Assembly (NCBI GenBank): GCA_051252375.1
Contig: JBPOFY010000009.1
Coordinates: 69,028 to 133,027, forward strand
Direction of reading: 5' to 3'
From: Opitutaceae bacterium
GTDB lineage: Bacteria; Verrucomicrobiota; Verrucomicrobiia; Opitutales; Coraliomargaritaceae
Length of the DNA stretch: 64,000 nucleotides
The notes beneath the pieces were generated by a model. It did no database searches and was not told the origin of the DNA. It worked only from the letters and a program-made list of their open reading frames with translations. A program made the translations under genes and the position numbers. The stretch's first letter is position 1. Every line of letters begins with the position of its first letter. Shown one piece after another: positions 18,443 to 28,168 of the stretch.

Positions 18443-21079
18443 ATGAAATCCAAGCTGCTTCTCACACTCTTTGCCTTAACTGTGGCCTGCCTCTCTCCTG
18501 TGTTGCAGGCTTCCATCACAATCAATGGTGATACGCCATGGCTGGTCATGGAGGGGGACTTCGAACAACCTCCGATCAAGGAGGCGATCCGCGACGCGGA
18601 GCGCGACTGGTATAAAGTCTTCGGTATCCCTCCGGTGATTTTCAAGAACAGTATTCCCTCACATTGGAACGGTCCTGTCTTGATAGTCGGTTCAGTGGAG
18701 CATACTAAGAAGTTGGTCGACATTCAGGTGCCAGAAGGAGCCGAGCAGCATGCTGTTCGGCTTGCAGAGACTCGTAAAAATCCGGTCATCGCTGCAATCG
18801 GTCACGACACACGCGGCACGATCTATGCGATCTATACTTTCTGTGAAGAGGTGCTCGGTATCGACCCGATGTATGTGTTCACCGATAATGTTCCCCAGCG
18901 ACTCACCGAAACCACCTTCACAAAGGAGGATGAATATGTCTCCAAAAAACCGACCTTCGAAAACCGCGGTTGGTTTATCAACGATGAGGAGCTGCACGAC
19001 GGCATGCATCGCGATCCGCTCGATGGTAACGTCATTTCAATGGAGTGGATGGACAAAATCCTCGAGTCGCTGCTACGCACCAAGGGCAACATGATTGCGC
19101 CCGAATCGGCCCCATACTCCGACGCGACAGTCTATGAACTCTGTAAGCGCCGCGACGTCATTATTACTTTTCACCACATCCTGCCCCTAGGCTTGAACAT
19201 GATGGATTGGCCAAAGGAAGTTCCGTTTTCGTATATCACACACAAAGACATTCTTGAAGATGCTTGGCGCAAGTCCGCGCTCGCGCTCGCAGACAAGAAA
19301 GTGGCTTGGACCGTAGGCTTCAGAGGGGAGTCCGATGGAGCTTTCTGGCACAGTGATCCGGCTGCGCCGGAAAGTGATGAAGAGCGCGCTGCGATTATCT
19401 CCGAAGCCATGCACAAGCAGGTAGAAATTATTCGCGAGATCGATCCAGATGCCACCATCGTCGCGGCTCTCTGGAATGAGTTGGGAGCTTTCTACAATGC
19501 AGGCATACTTGAAGTGCCTGAAGGCATTACCAAGATGTTTGCCGATGACGGACGCGCTTTCATGCGCGATAAGGGTGACGGTTCCGACCTTTCTCCAGGC
19601 GACGGTTTGTATAACCACGTCATGATGATGATGAACACACAGAACCGCACGACGGAAGCTGTTCCACCATCTCGAATCTACAGTGAGATGCGTCGCTATG
19701 TTGAGCGCGGAGCCACCAAGTATGCGATCATCAACGTGAGTGGCATCCGTCCTGCAGCGATGTCCGTCGAGGCGATCAACGATTTCATGTGGGACGCGGA
19801 GCCTTTCTTGAGCAAGTCACCCGCAGACGCGCAGCGCGAATACCTTGAAGATTGGTATGCCCAGAAGTTTTCTCCCGAACTCGCTTCCGATCTGGCTGAT
19901 CTGCGTGAGTATTATTACAACATTCCTTACATGCGTGATGAGATGCCCGAACCACATCGCTGGCGTGGTTCGCGTGGTGAGCATTTGATTCAGTATCTTA
20001 CCCAGGAGCTATTGAAGCAGTATCGTAAACCAATTCAGAAGGGGGAGGATCTCTCAAATTTTGGTCAATTCGCGGAGCACATGCGTCAGAGTAAGGGTCC
20101 CTTGGTGGAGACTGCCGAGTTTTTCCCAGGTCTTTGGCAGAAGACTAAAGAACTGGAAGCTCGCATGCCGGAAGACCGCAAAGACTACTACCAAGCGCAC
20201 TTCACTTATCAAGTTGCGGTGCATCAATACTCCTGCCGAATGTTAAGCTATGTCGTGGCGGCTTTTGATCAGTATATTCAAGATCGTGACCCTAAGGCAT
20301 TTGCTCAGAACTTAAGACCCGCTCAGGCTGAGTTGGAAAAGGTGCTCGCCGAAGCTCATAAAGCGGAATACGGCAAATGGGATACGATGTTTATGCACGT
20401 TCGTTTGATGGATATGTGGCGCACGCGCTTGCTTCTGAAGGAAGTGATTGCTCACATTGAGGACACGCCCTATACAGATAGCTATCGTGGATACATGAGA
20501 GGCTCTTTCTGGGGGTCCGCGCAAAGCTACATGGATCAAGCCGAAGGCACGTATCCATATTTTTATAAACATACCGGTAAGGGACTGGATGTTTTGGAGA
20601 GTGGTGAGCCACTGCCCAAAATTAGCCTAAAAGAAGCCTACAAACACAAAGTGTTACTCGCTGGTGGTCCGGTCGAGAAAACGGAGTTTGCCTCGGATGG
20701 ACTTTATTCAGTGCTTCCTTATGGTTTTGATAATGGTGTCGAACTCTGGACAGATCGGGGCTATACTGTAAGTGGAGTGCCCGATGAGCTCAAAGGTGCG
20801 ACCCTAATTCAGGTCCCGATGGAAGACCGAGCCAGCCAGGCCTCGAATCTCATACAGATTACCCTCAACAAAGACTGCGCAGTATATCTTGGACTGAAGG
20901 ATGAGATGCGTGTGATGCCCACATGGCTGTCGGATTGGACAAATACGAAAAGGCGTGTGGATGCCAGCAATACCTTAGTGCTTTATAAGAAATTCTACAA
21001 AGCGGGGGATACTGTCGTGCTTGGATCGATCGTCGGTAGTGGAGTATCCGCTATGTATCCGGTGATCATTCAGGAGTAG
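18443..21079 (+). CDS. GH115-like glycoside hydrolase with C-terminal accessory module
   Basis: RGTIYAIYTFCEEVLGIDP, RGWFINDE, WTVGFRGESD and MFADDG motifs. Signal peptide from MKSKLLL (alternative start 18422). Confidence 0.78.
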   Translation: MKSKLLLTLFALTVACLSPVLQASITINGDTPWLVMEGDFEQPPIKEAIRDAERDWYKVFGIPPVIFKNSIPSHWNGPVLIVGSVEHTKKLVDIQVPEGAEQHAVRLAETRKNPVIAAIGHDTRGTIYAIYTFCEEVLGIDPMYVFTDNVPQRLTETTFTKEDEYVSKKPTFENRGWFINDEELHDGMHRDPLDGNVISMEWMDKILESLLRTKGNMIAPESAPYSDATVYELCKRRDVIITFHHILPLGLNMMDWPKEVPFSYITHKDILEDAWRKSALALADKKVAWTVGFRGESDGAFWHSDPAAPESDEERAAIISEAMHKQVEIIREIDPDATIVAALWNELGAFYNAGILEVPEGITKMFADDGRAFMRDKGDGSDLSPGDGLYNHVMMMMNTQNRTTEAVPPSRIYSEMRRYVERGATKYAIINVSGIRPAAMSVEAINDFMWDAEPFLSKSPADAQREYLEDWYAQKFSPELASDLADLREYYYNIPYMRDEMPEPHRWRGSRGEHLIQYLTQELLKQYRKPIQKGEDLSNFGQFAEHMRQSKGPLVETAEFFPGLWQKTKELEARMPEDRKDYYQAHFTYQVAVHQYSCRMLSYVVAAFDQYIQDRDPKAFAQNLRPAQAELEKVLAEAHKAEYGKWDTMFMHVRLMDMWRTRLLLKEVIAHIEDTPYTDSYRGYMRGSFWGSAQSYMDQAEGTYPYFYKHTGKGLDVLESGEPLPKISLKEAYKHKVLLAGGPVEKTEFASDGLYSVLPYGFDNGVELWTDRGYTVSGVPDELKGATLIQVPMEDRASQASNLIQITLNKDCAVYLGLKDEMRVMPTWLSDWTNTKRRVDASNTLVLYKKFYKAGDTVVLGSIVGSGVSAMYPVIIQE

Positions 21080-21134
21080 TAGCCGATTGGTTTTAAAGGT
21101 CTTTTTGTAATGTTTTACACTCGGATGAAATGTG

Positions 21135-21150
21135 TCGCGTAAACTCGCGA
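21135..21150. promoter_or_regulatory. Palindromic operator TCGCG-N6-CGCGA
   Basis: TCGCGtaaactCGCGA followed by TG, in the intergenic region upstream of the pilin-like gene. Confidence 0.65.
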
Positions 21151-21285
21151 TGGAAAATGAATTGCTCGAAGGGTCTTAAAACATGAGTATTAAAATGGTA
21201 TATATTTTTGCAGCGATTTGGTTTTGGAGGTAGTTTAAGCCGACTAGTTCCTTGCGCTCAAATCGCCATCCTACCTTACTTTTTA

Positions 21286-24200
21286 ATGTATCTACCTACC
21301 CAGAATATTCCAAAGCCCCGCCGCAGCGCCCAAGGCTTTGCTCTGGTGATTGCGTTGGGTCTTATGGCTTTCGTGTTGCTGCTGTTGCTTTCGATGTCGA
21401 CGCTTGTTCAGGTTGAGTCGCAAGGTTCAGATATTGCGCTTAAGCAGGTTGAAGCCGAGCAAGCAGCTTTATTGGGGCTCAATGTGGCGCTTGGTAAATT
21501 ACAGGAAACCCTGGGAGTGGATCAGCGAGTGACGGCGAATGCGTCCATCCTTGGGGATAGCAATAATCCTTATACTAGTTCGGTCGCTCCGGTTGCAGGG
21601 CAAGGTGCCTGGATGGGGATATGGAAATCGAGCACGGTCGCGGCGACCGGTTCGCCAGACTACAATCCCGCGTTCCCAAATACACGAAATTTTGTCGGCT
21701 GGCTTGTTTCGGGCACCGATGGTTCTGGTAGTTTCCAACTGCCGGATACGTTGCTTTCAGTCGCCACTGATGTATCGAGTTTTGATCCAAGCACTGGTCG
21801 TGAATTTGTTAGTTTGTATACCGACTCAGGTGGCGATCCTTATATGCAGGTTGAAAAAGTGCCCGTTGAGATCGGATCATCTCAAGGCGCTTATTTTGCG
21901 TTTTCAGTAGAAGATGAGTCGGCTAAGGTGGATTTGGCTTGGAACGAAATCTCATCAACACCTTCTTCAGGTGAACACCGCCAAGCTAGTCGTTTGGCGG
22001 CAGCGCCAGGACCGGATTACGGAGCGCTCAATGGTAGTGCGGGTAATGGACCTTTTACAGGTGCGGTGGTTAATTATCCGCTGACGGTTGAGGACACTGG
22101 ATCTTTTGTCGCCAGCGGAACAGCCAAACTAACCGATGTCAATGATCTGAGCGCTGCCATTAGTAGTGTCGATTTAGACTGGTTGCGTGATCAGCGCTCC
22201 ACAATGACTTGGGGCAGTAAGGGCTTACTGACCGATGTGAAGTATGGCGGTCTGCGCCGAGATTTAAGTTTGGCCTTTGAGATGGATGGGGAGGCTGAGT
22301 CCGAGGATGCCGTGATCTTTAACCAGCAGGACGGTGTTTTCGTTGGAGGCAGCGACCGCCTGACTGCCGGTCAAGTTGCTTCAGGCATGCCTATCGCTGC
22401 TCGCTACCCTTACCGCGATTTCCAGGGTTCAGGCACGACTTTTTCCAATGACATTGTGGAAGGACCTACGATTTCCAGTAGAACCGGCGGTGATTCGATT
22501 AATGTAACTCTTCGTGGACCGACTTGGTGGGCACTGCGCGACTATGCAAATCTCTATAAGCGCATATCCGGTTCTTCAGGAGATTATTCAATGGAATCTC
22601 GCGCCTATTTTCCAAATATCGACGAGGGTTCTCAGTTCAGTCGTAAGTTGGGTATCATCACGGGACGTGGATCCATTTGGGATCTTGAGGAAGACTATGA
22701 TCGTCGGCAAACGGATACAGCAAGACCTTATATTTTCAGACCCGCCCGAGCAAACTACGCACCAGTTAGTTTGGGTTCCAGCACCTTGATTAGCCTCTCT
22801 GTTAGACCAGATGGAGCCTCTGGCATAAACAATTTGGCAGTGTGTGTGGACATGTTCTTCTATTTATGGAACCCATATAATAGGAAGATTACTTGTGACA
22901 GTCTGGTGGTTGCTATGGACGAGGGGATTCCCGGCAATATTGGCATATGGATCTCTGAAGTAGATGAGACTACTGGTAATGTAACGTCTACGACTGGTTA
23001 CCACAGAAATCTCTCGACCTTGCTCAATCAAAATTTGAGCAACACTTATGGGAATACCCGAGGAAAAATCCCCTTTTTGATTAAAGATGAGAATGGTGAC
23101 TCGATTACACTAGAACCAGGTGAGATTGTTATTGCATCTCCAAGTGGGGTGACTGGAGAGGCTAATCTGGGGTTTAATATCAACTCTGATTCAGGTATCA
23201 TCATGACAGATCTCGTTGGGAACAGCATTAGCCCAAGACCGGGGGTCACCTTTGATACTGGTCCAGTGCCTCCAATCAAGGACTCTGACATTATTGAATA
23301 TGTGTATGTCAACGAAGGTCGTCTTGTAGATCATACGAATGCTATGAGGCATGAAGTGCAGCTCTTTTTGCCTCCCAACGGTCTTACTGCTGGCCAGTTA
23401 ACTAGCGCTTCAAATTTCGGGGATGAGTTACAGCTCTTGCATTTCCCTTCTCACGGAGGGCTTGGAGAAAGTGGCTTTAATGAGTATCTTAGCCCAGAGG
23501 CAAATGGGCAGGCTCCATTAGGCGAGGTATCAGCTGCTGGCTTGCTCGGTGCTAAGCAATTCATTGGGGCATCCACTGCTTTGATGAAGCCGGCTGCTTG
23601 GCAGGGGAATAACCCCAACCCTGTGGAGGTTTTCTCTCAGTTTAATCCGAACCCAATGGCTACTGCCAGAGACTTGAATCGCATTTGCATGCCAAACCAG
23701 GTCTATAATTTGCTGACTGACGCTGACCCTGGGAATCTGTTGAATAATTACGGCATCAGCTATTCAGGCAGTGTTCGAAATGCGTTCTGGGGGTTGAGTT
23801 ATGACGATCTTGGCTCGACCCGTTTTCCAATGATCGACATTCCCTCAAGCCCGTTGATCTCTCTCGCATCCTTCGCCAATGCAAATATTTCTGTGATGGC
23901 TTCGGAACCCTTTCAAGCGATCGGTAATTCTTGGTCTCACCCGATGGTGCCTGTGAATTCAACCTTTGGTCCCGTTCATGATAAAGGGATATTTCAGCCG
24001 ATGACTATGCATGATCTATCCTGGCAGATGAATGATGCTCTCTTCGACCGCTACTATTTCTCTGGGATTGCTCCGGCGTTTACCATTACTGGAACAGGAT
24101 ACTCTAGTAGTGGACCTTCAACCGCGCCATTGACGGCACCATTGCAACGTTTTTACGAGGTTAGCGGTTCGGATTACAGAACCGCCAATGCAAATCCGAT

Positions 24201-25098
24201 GCTCATTCCATATATTCCATCTGGTATGACTGCTCAGGATGTTGTTGATGATTTGGATGAGGAAGATGGTTATTTGAAGACTGGCGCGTATAGTTTGGTG
24301 AATGGAGCTTTCAATGTGAACTCTACATCTGTGGAAGCATGGGCGGCATTATTGCGAGCAAATCGCGGCTTGGAGGTTCTATTTGCAGAGGGTAGTTCGG
24401 ACTCATCTGGAGACACTCCATTTCCTGGAAGCACCATTCCCTCAGAAGATGGAAATGGAGCCAAACCTGACTGGTCGGGCTTTTCACGGCTGACGGATCC
24501 ACAGGTTACTGATCTTGCCAACGCGATTGTTGATCAGGTGAAACTACGTGGACCATTTATGAGTTTGTCCGACTTCGTTAATCGCCGAGTTGGAACGCCC
24601 GTTAATGATGGAACTCATTATTCCGGCGCACTGCAGGCAGCCATTGATGTGTCTGGAATCAATCAAGCAGTCCAATCGAGTGCAGGTGGCGTGGACCCAG
24701 TCTACAAGGATTCAACATTAAATTATTTCCAAGTTCCACAGCAGACTGGTGGTCGAACAACCGCATCCAGTATTCCTGGCGAGATCAACCAGGCGGAGTT
24801 GCTGCTTCCTCTGGCGCCGCGATTGACTGCTCGCTCAGACACCTTTCGCATTCGTGCTTATGGTGAGGTTCGATCCCCTGTTAGTCAGGAAATTGTCTCA
24901 ACGGCCGTTTGCGAAGTTGTTGTCCAGCGCCTTCCAGAATACCTGGACTCTAAAACTGATGCCGACAATAACGAGCCTTGGGATGAGGCGACCGATCCGA
25001 TTAGTCCAACCGCTTCAGCCCTTAACCTACTAAACCAGCAGTTTGGTCGACGTTTAAAAGTAGTCCAAATGCGCTGGTTGACCCCCGAGGAAATCTAA
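21286..25098 (+). CDS. Giant PilX/GspK-like pseudopilin (Verru_Chthon cassette protein A-like)
   Basis: Class III signal RRSAQG|FALVIALGLMAFVLLLLL lacking E5; DQRVTANA, LRRDLS, GAFNVNSTSVEAW, GPFMSLSDFVNR, RSDTFRIRAYG and FGRR..RWLTPEEI C-terminus. Start at MYLPTQ preferred over the TTG at 21208. Confidence 0.82.
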   Translation: MYLPTQNIPKPRRSAQGFALVIALGLMAFVLLLLLSMSTLVQVESQGSDIALKQVEAEQAALLGLNVALGKLQETLGVDQRVTANASILGDSNNPYTSSVAPVAGQGAWMGIWKSSTVAATGSPDYNPAFPNTRNFVGWLVSGTDGSGSFQLPDTLLSVATDVSSFDPSTGREFVSLYTDSGGDPYMQVEKVPVEIGSSQGAYFAFSVEDESAKVDLAWNEISSTPSSGEHRQASRLAAAPGPDYGALNGSAGNGPFTGAVVNYPLTVEDTGSFVASGTAKLTDVNDLSAAISSVDLDWLRDQRSTMTWGSKGLLTDVKYGGLRRDLSLAFEMDGEAESEDAVIFNQQDGVFVGGSDRLTAGQVASGMPIAARYPYRDFQGSGTTFSNDIVEGPTISSRTGGDSINVTLRGPTWWALRDYANLYKRISGSSGDYSMESRAYFPNIDEGSQFSRKLGIITGRGSIWDLEEDYDRRQTDTARPYIFRPARANYAPVSLGSSTLISLSVRPDGASGINNLAVCVDMFFYLWNPYNRKITCDSLVVAMDEGIPGNIGIWISEVDETTGNVTSTTGYHRNLSTLLNQNLSNTYGNTRGKIPFLIKDENGDSITLEPGEIVIASPSGVTGEANLGFNINSDSGIIMTDLVGNSISPRPGVTFDTGPVPPIKDSDIIEYVYVNEGRLVDHTNAMRHEVQLFLPPNGLTAGQLTSASNFGDELQLLHFPSHGGLGESGFNEYLSPEANGQAPLGEVSAAGLLGAKQFIGASTALMKPAAWQGNNPNPVEVFSQFNPNPMATARDLNRICMPNQVYNLLTDADPGNLLNNYGISYSGSVRNAFWGLSYDDLGSTRFPMIDIPSSPLISLASFANANISVMASEPFQAIGNSWSHPMVPVNSTFGPVHDKGIFQPMTMHDLSWQMNDALFDRYYFSGIAPAFTITGTGYSSSGPSTAPLTAPLQRFYEVSGSDYRTANANPMLIPYIPSGMTAQDVVDDLDEEDGYLKTGAYSLVNGAFNVNSTSVEAWAALLRANRGLEVLFAEGSSDSSGDTPFPGSTIPSEDGNGAKPDWSGFSRLTDPQVTDLANAIVDQVKLRGPFMSLSDFVNRRVGTPVNDGTHYSGALQAAIDVSGINQAVQSSAGGVDPVYKDSTLNYFQVPQQTGGRTTASSIPGEINQAELLLPLAPRLTARSDTFRIRAYGEVRSPVSQEIVSTAVCEVVVQRLPEYLDSKTDADNNEPWDEATDPISPTASALNLLNQQFGRRLKVVQMRWLTPEEI

Positions 25099-25124
25099 GC
25101 GATAACTGTAGCTGTATTATCTAT

Positions 25125-25856
25125 ATGAACAGAACGAATAGATTCATTTTCGGACTTGTCGTCGCCTTCTTAACAGCCTTGTCGCCGTTGGTCGCTCAAT
25201 CGAACGCTAAAGGCATAGCTTCGGCTTCATTCACCTGTGTTATTTGGGAGTCCTTAGGTCTGGATGAGATTTATTATCTCGAAAAAGAAGATCATTACGA
25301 ACCATTGAAATTCAGAAGAGGCACTCGATCGGCTCTCTTTCCTCTTAGCGCCCAGCAATCCTTAAAACTGTATACTCAACGAGAGGTCGAAGGAGAGCTC
25401 GTTTATGATCTCGTCGGAGAAGGCAAGTTGCCAAGCGGCACAAGCCAGATTCTTTTTTTGGTGAGTAAAAACGAAAAATCTTTCGGTTTGCCTCTTCAAA
25501 TTCTTGGCATTGATGACTCGACCAATTCACTGCCTGCAGGCTCCTACAAAATTGTCAATTTTACGAATACTCAATTGGAACTAAGGATCAACGAAACGAC
25601 GGATCGTGTGAAGCCGAGGTCGATGAAAGTAGTTAAGCCCGAAATCCCCCAGAAGGGAGGTTTTTTGCCTTTTTATCTCGGAGACAGAAACGATGGAGTC
25701 CTCTACGAGACTCGGCTCTATTGCCAGAAGAATGGACGGGAGATGGTGTTTGTATTTCCTTCATCAGGTAACCGGTCTATATCGGTAAAATTTCTCTCTC
25801 AACTAGTAGGTAAGCAAACCGAAGAAAAAGGAATAGGGTCGGGTCGAGTAAACTAA
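25125..25856 (+). CDS. Secreted hypothetical protein, paralog of the next gene
   Basis: Signal peptide; shares FTCVIWE, GLPLQILGIDDS, PAGSYKIVNFT, GGFLP and ETRL with 25856..26563. Confidence 0.8.
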   Translation: MNRTNRFIFGLVVAFLTALSPLVAQSNAKGIASASFTCVIWESLGLDEIYYLEKEDHYEPLKFRRGTRSALFPLSAQQSLKLYTQREVEGELVYDLVGEGKLPSGTSQILFLVSKNEKSFGLPLQILGIDDSTNSLPAGSYKIVNFTNTQLELRINETTDRVKPRSMKVVKPEIPQKGGFLPFYLGDRNDGVLYETRLYCQKNGREMVFVFPSSGNRSISVKFLSQLVGKQTEEKGIGSGRVN

Positions 25857-26563
25857 TGAAAACTAGGCTACCAGTAATACTATTTGCTGTTCTTGGTCTT
25901 GTTTCCGTGGCTTCTGTTCTATCTGCACGGGCTTCTCAAAGTGAACATCAGAATGCTATCGAGTTTTCCTGTGTTATCTGGGAGCCATTAAGCCTTCCAC
26001 AACTTTTTTATCGGCAGGGTGCGGAGTTTTATCCACTTGAATTAGCTCCCGGGCGTCGCTCGTCAATAAACGCTCTCAAGGATACCTCTGCATTGGAACT
26101 GCATATCAGGAGGGAGACTTTCGGCGGTCAGTCGGATTACGAACTGGTCGGATTAGCCCCATGCCTAGATGGCAGCGAGAGAATGCTGTTTTTGATCGAA
26201 GAAGTTGAAGATGCGCACGGACTTCCTCTCCAAATAAGAGGGCTCGACGATTCATTGAAAGCGTTTCCGCCCGGAGCATTTCGTTTCGTCAATGAAACGC
26301 CGGATTTATTGACGATTGTATTTGGCGAAGCTTCTATATCGTTGGCCGCTGATTCAGTTGAAGTCGTGAACTCAGGTGTCGACCCATCAGGTGGGTTTTT
26401 GCCGATTTTAATCAAGGACGATCAAGAGAATGTTATTTCGGAAACGCGCCTCTTTAGCCAAGCGAGTGCACGGCAAATAGTATTCATTCACCCGCCAAAG
26501 AAAATAGGTGGTAGGTTGAGTATGGTTTTCCTGTCGGAGTTGTTACCATCTTCGAGCAGGTGA
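25856..26563 (+). CDS. Secreted hypothetical protein, paralog of the previous gene
   Basis: Signal peptide; FSCVIWE, GLPLQIRGLDDS, PPGAFRFVNET, GGFLP and ETRL. TAATG overlap with the previous gene. Confidence 0.8.
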   Translation: MKTRLPVILFAVLGLVSVASVLSARASQSEHQNAIEFSCVIWEPLSLPQLFYRQGAEFYPLELAPGRRSSINALKDTSALELHIRRETFGGQSDYELVGLAPCLDGSERMLFLIEEVEDAHGLPLQIRGLDDSLKAFPPGAFRFVNETPDLLTIVFGEASISLAADSVEVVNSGVDPSGGFLPILIKDDQENVISETRLFSQASARQIVFIHPPKKIGGRLSMVFLSELLPSSSR

Positions 26564-26700
26564 ATGACTGCTCCCCATCTCATGCGTCTGAGTTACTTCA
26601 CCTAGGTAGGGTCTAGCTAGAATGATCAGCGTAATGTTAATGGCGCACGAGTCGACACCCTCCACTACTAAGGTCAAAAAAATGCGATCTTCGGAATTTT

Positions 26701-26744
26701 TCGCGCAATCACGCGATGCAAGCATTGGTGTTTCGTGCTAAAAT
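26701..26744 (+). promoter_or_regulatory. Palindromic operator TCGCG-N6-CGCGA plus extended -10
   Basis: TCGCGcaatcaCGCGA at 26701-26716; TGc-TAAAAT with the hexamer at 26739. Confidence 0.7.
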
Positions 26745-26764
26745 ACGAATGAACTTTTACTATT

Positions 26765-28108
26765 ATGAAAATCATACTCCGAAAAACGATACTATCGATT
26801 AGCTTGTTGGCATTTGTCTTGAGTGCTCCACTTGCTCAAGCATTGAAGGTGAACAGCAGGGGGCCGCTCCTCAATGACCCCGCTAGAGAGCAGGAATTCA
26901 TGGACTGGGGTCTCGGTATGTTCGTCCACTGGTCGCACGACTCGCAACTTGGCTCAGTCATCAGCCACTCCATGGTCGGCGCTTCCGATGATTATCTGGA
27001 TCGCTACATCAACGAGCTCCCTAAGACTTTCAATCCTCGTCGCTATGATCCAGACGAGTGGATGGAGATCGCGAAGCTTGCGGGTGTGAAATACATGGTC
27101 TTCACGACCAAGCACCACAATGGCTTTTGCATGTGGGATACCAAGACCACGGATTTTAGTATTATGAATACGCCTTACGGTAAGGATATCGTGAAGGACT
27201 ATGTCGATGCCTGTCGCCGTCACGGAATCAAAGTCGGTTTCTACTTCTCGCCTGAAGATTTCTATTTTCAGCACGGAATGGGCTTAGAAGTTCGTCGCGT
27301 CGGTCGCACTGCGGAAGAAAAACCTCCAATCGCTATTTACAATAAGAAGCAGCTCGATGAATTGCTGACTAACTATGGCGATATCGATGTCGTCTTCTTT
27401 GATGGTGGTGAGAAGGAAATGCTCACTCAGTATGTTCACCAGAAATGGCCTAAGGTTCTCGTTACCCGTGGCGAGATGGAGACTCCGGAGCAGAAGCTAC
27501 CCAAAGAGCCGATCCCCGGTCCGTGGGAGTCTTGCTTCACTCTAGGTAGCCAGTGGCAATACAAGCCGACCAACGAAGATTATAAGAGCGGTGACCGTTT
27601 GATCAAAATGCTGATCGAGAACCGCGCAAAGGGCGGCAATTTGCTTCTCAATGTCGGTCCCGAGCCGAATGGCATCATACCTTTCGAGCAGGAGCGTGCC
27701 TTCCGCGAGCTCGCGCTTTGGATGTTCATCAACGGCGAAGCGATTCATGACATCCGCCCCTGTCCGGTAATCAGTGAAGAGAATATATATTACACTCAGT
27801 CGAAGGACGGGAAGTCGGTCTACGTTTTCCTGAATGAGTTCACCGATAAGAACAGGTGGAAGAAGGGTGACCGTAAGGAAATCCTCTTGAAAGAACTCAA
27901 GGCTACCTCGGATACCAAGATCTCCGTCCTCGGGCAAAACAGCCGTATCCTTGAGTATAATAAAGGCGCCGATGTAGAGTCTCGATTCAAGCAGAATGAG
28001 GCGGGTCTTGAGATCTCTGTCATGCGCGCACAACGTATCTATAATAACCAAGGATGGCCAAATACAGTGGTGGTCAAACTTGAGAACGTTGAGTTCGCCA
28101 ATAAATAG
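26765..28108 (+). CDS. Alpha-L-fucosidase, GH29
   Basis: GMFVHW, AGVKYMVFTTKHHNGF, ELLTNYG..VFFDG, WESC and GNLLLNVGP motifs; signal peptide. Confidence 0.92.
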   Translation: MKIILRKTILSISLLAFVLSAPLAQALKVNSRGPLLNDPAREQEFMDWGLGMFVHWSHDSQLGSVISHSMVGASDDYLDRYINELPKTFNPRRYDPDEWMEIAKLAGVKYMVFTTKHHNGFCMWDTKTTDFSIMNTPYGKDIVKDYVDACRRHGIKVGFYFSPEDFYFQHGMGLEVRRVGRTAEEKPPIAIYNKKQLDELLTNYGDIDVVFFDGGEKEMLTQYVHQKWPKVLVTRGEMETPEQKLPKEPIPGPWESCFTLGSQWQYKPTNEDYKSGDRLIKMLIENRAKGGNLLLNVGPEPNGIIPFEQERAFRELALWMFINGEAIHDIRPCPVISEENIYYTQSKDGKSVYVFLNEFTDKNRWKKGDRKEILLKELKATSDTKISVLGQNSRILEYNKGADVESRFKQNEAGLEISVMRAQRIYNNQGWPNTVVVKLENVEFANK

Positions 28109-28168
28109 TCACGAACAACGAGTCTCCGTTTTTTCATTACTGCGTATTCATTGAGTCGATACTTAATC

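Noticed and set aside
21208..21285. Longer TTG start for the pilin gene
   Set aside because: The extension falls in the promoter region; the ATG at 21286 gives a normal short basic prepilin leader.
26603..26664. GTAGGGTC...GACACCCTCCA as another REP doublet
   Set aside because: Stems are weak and match neither defined family; at most a very decayed relic.
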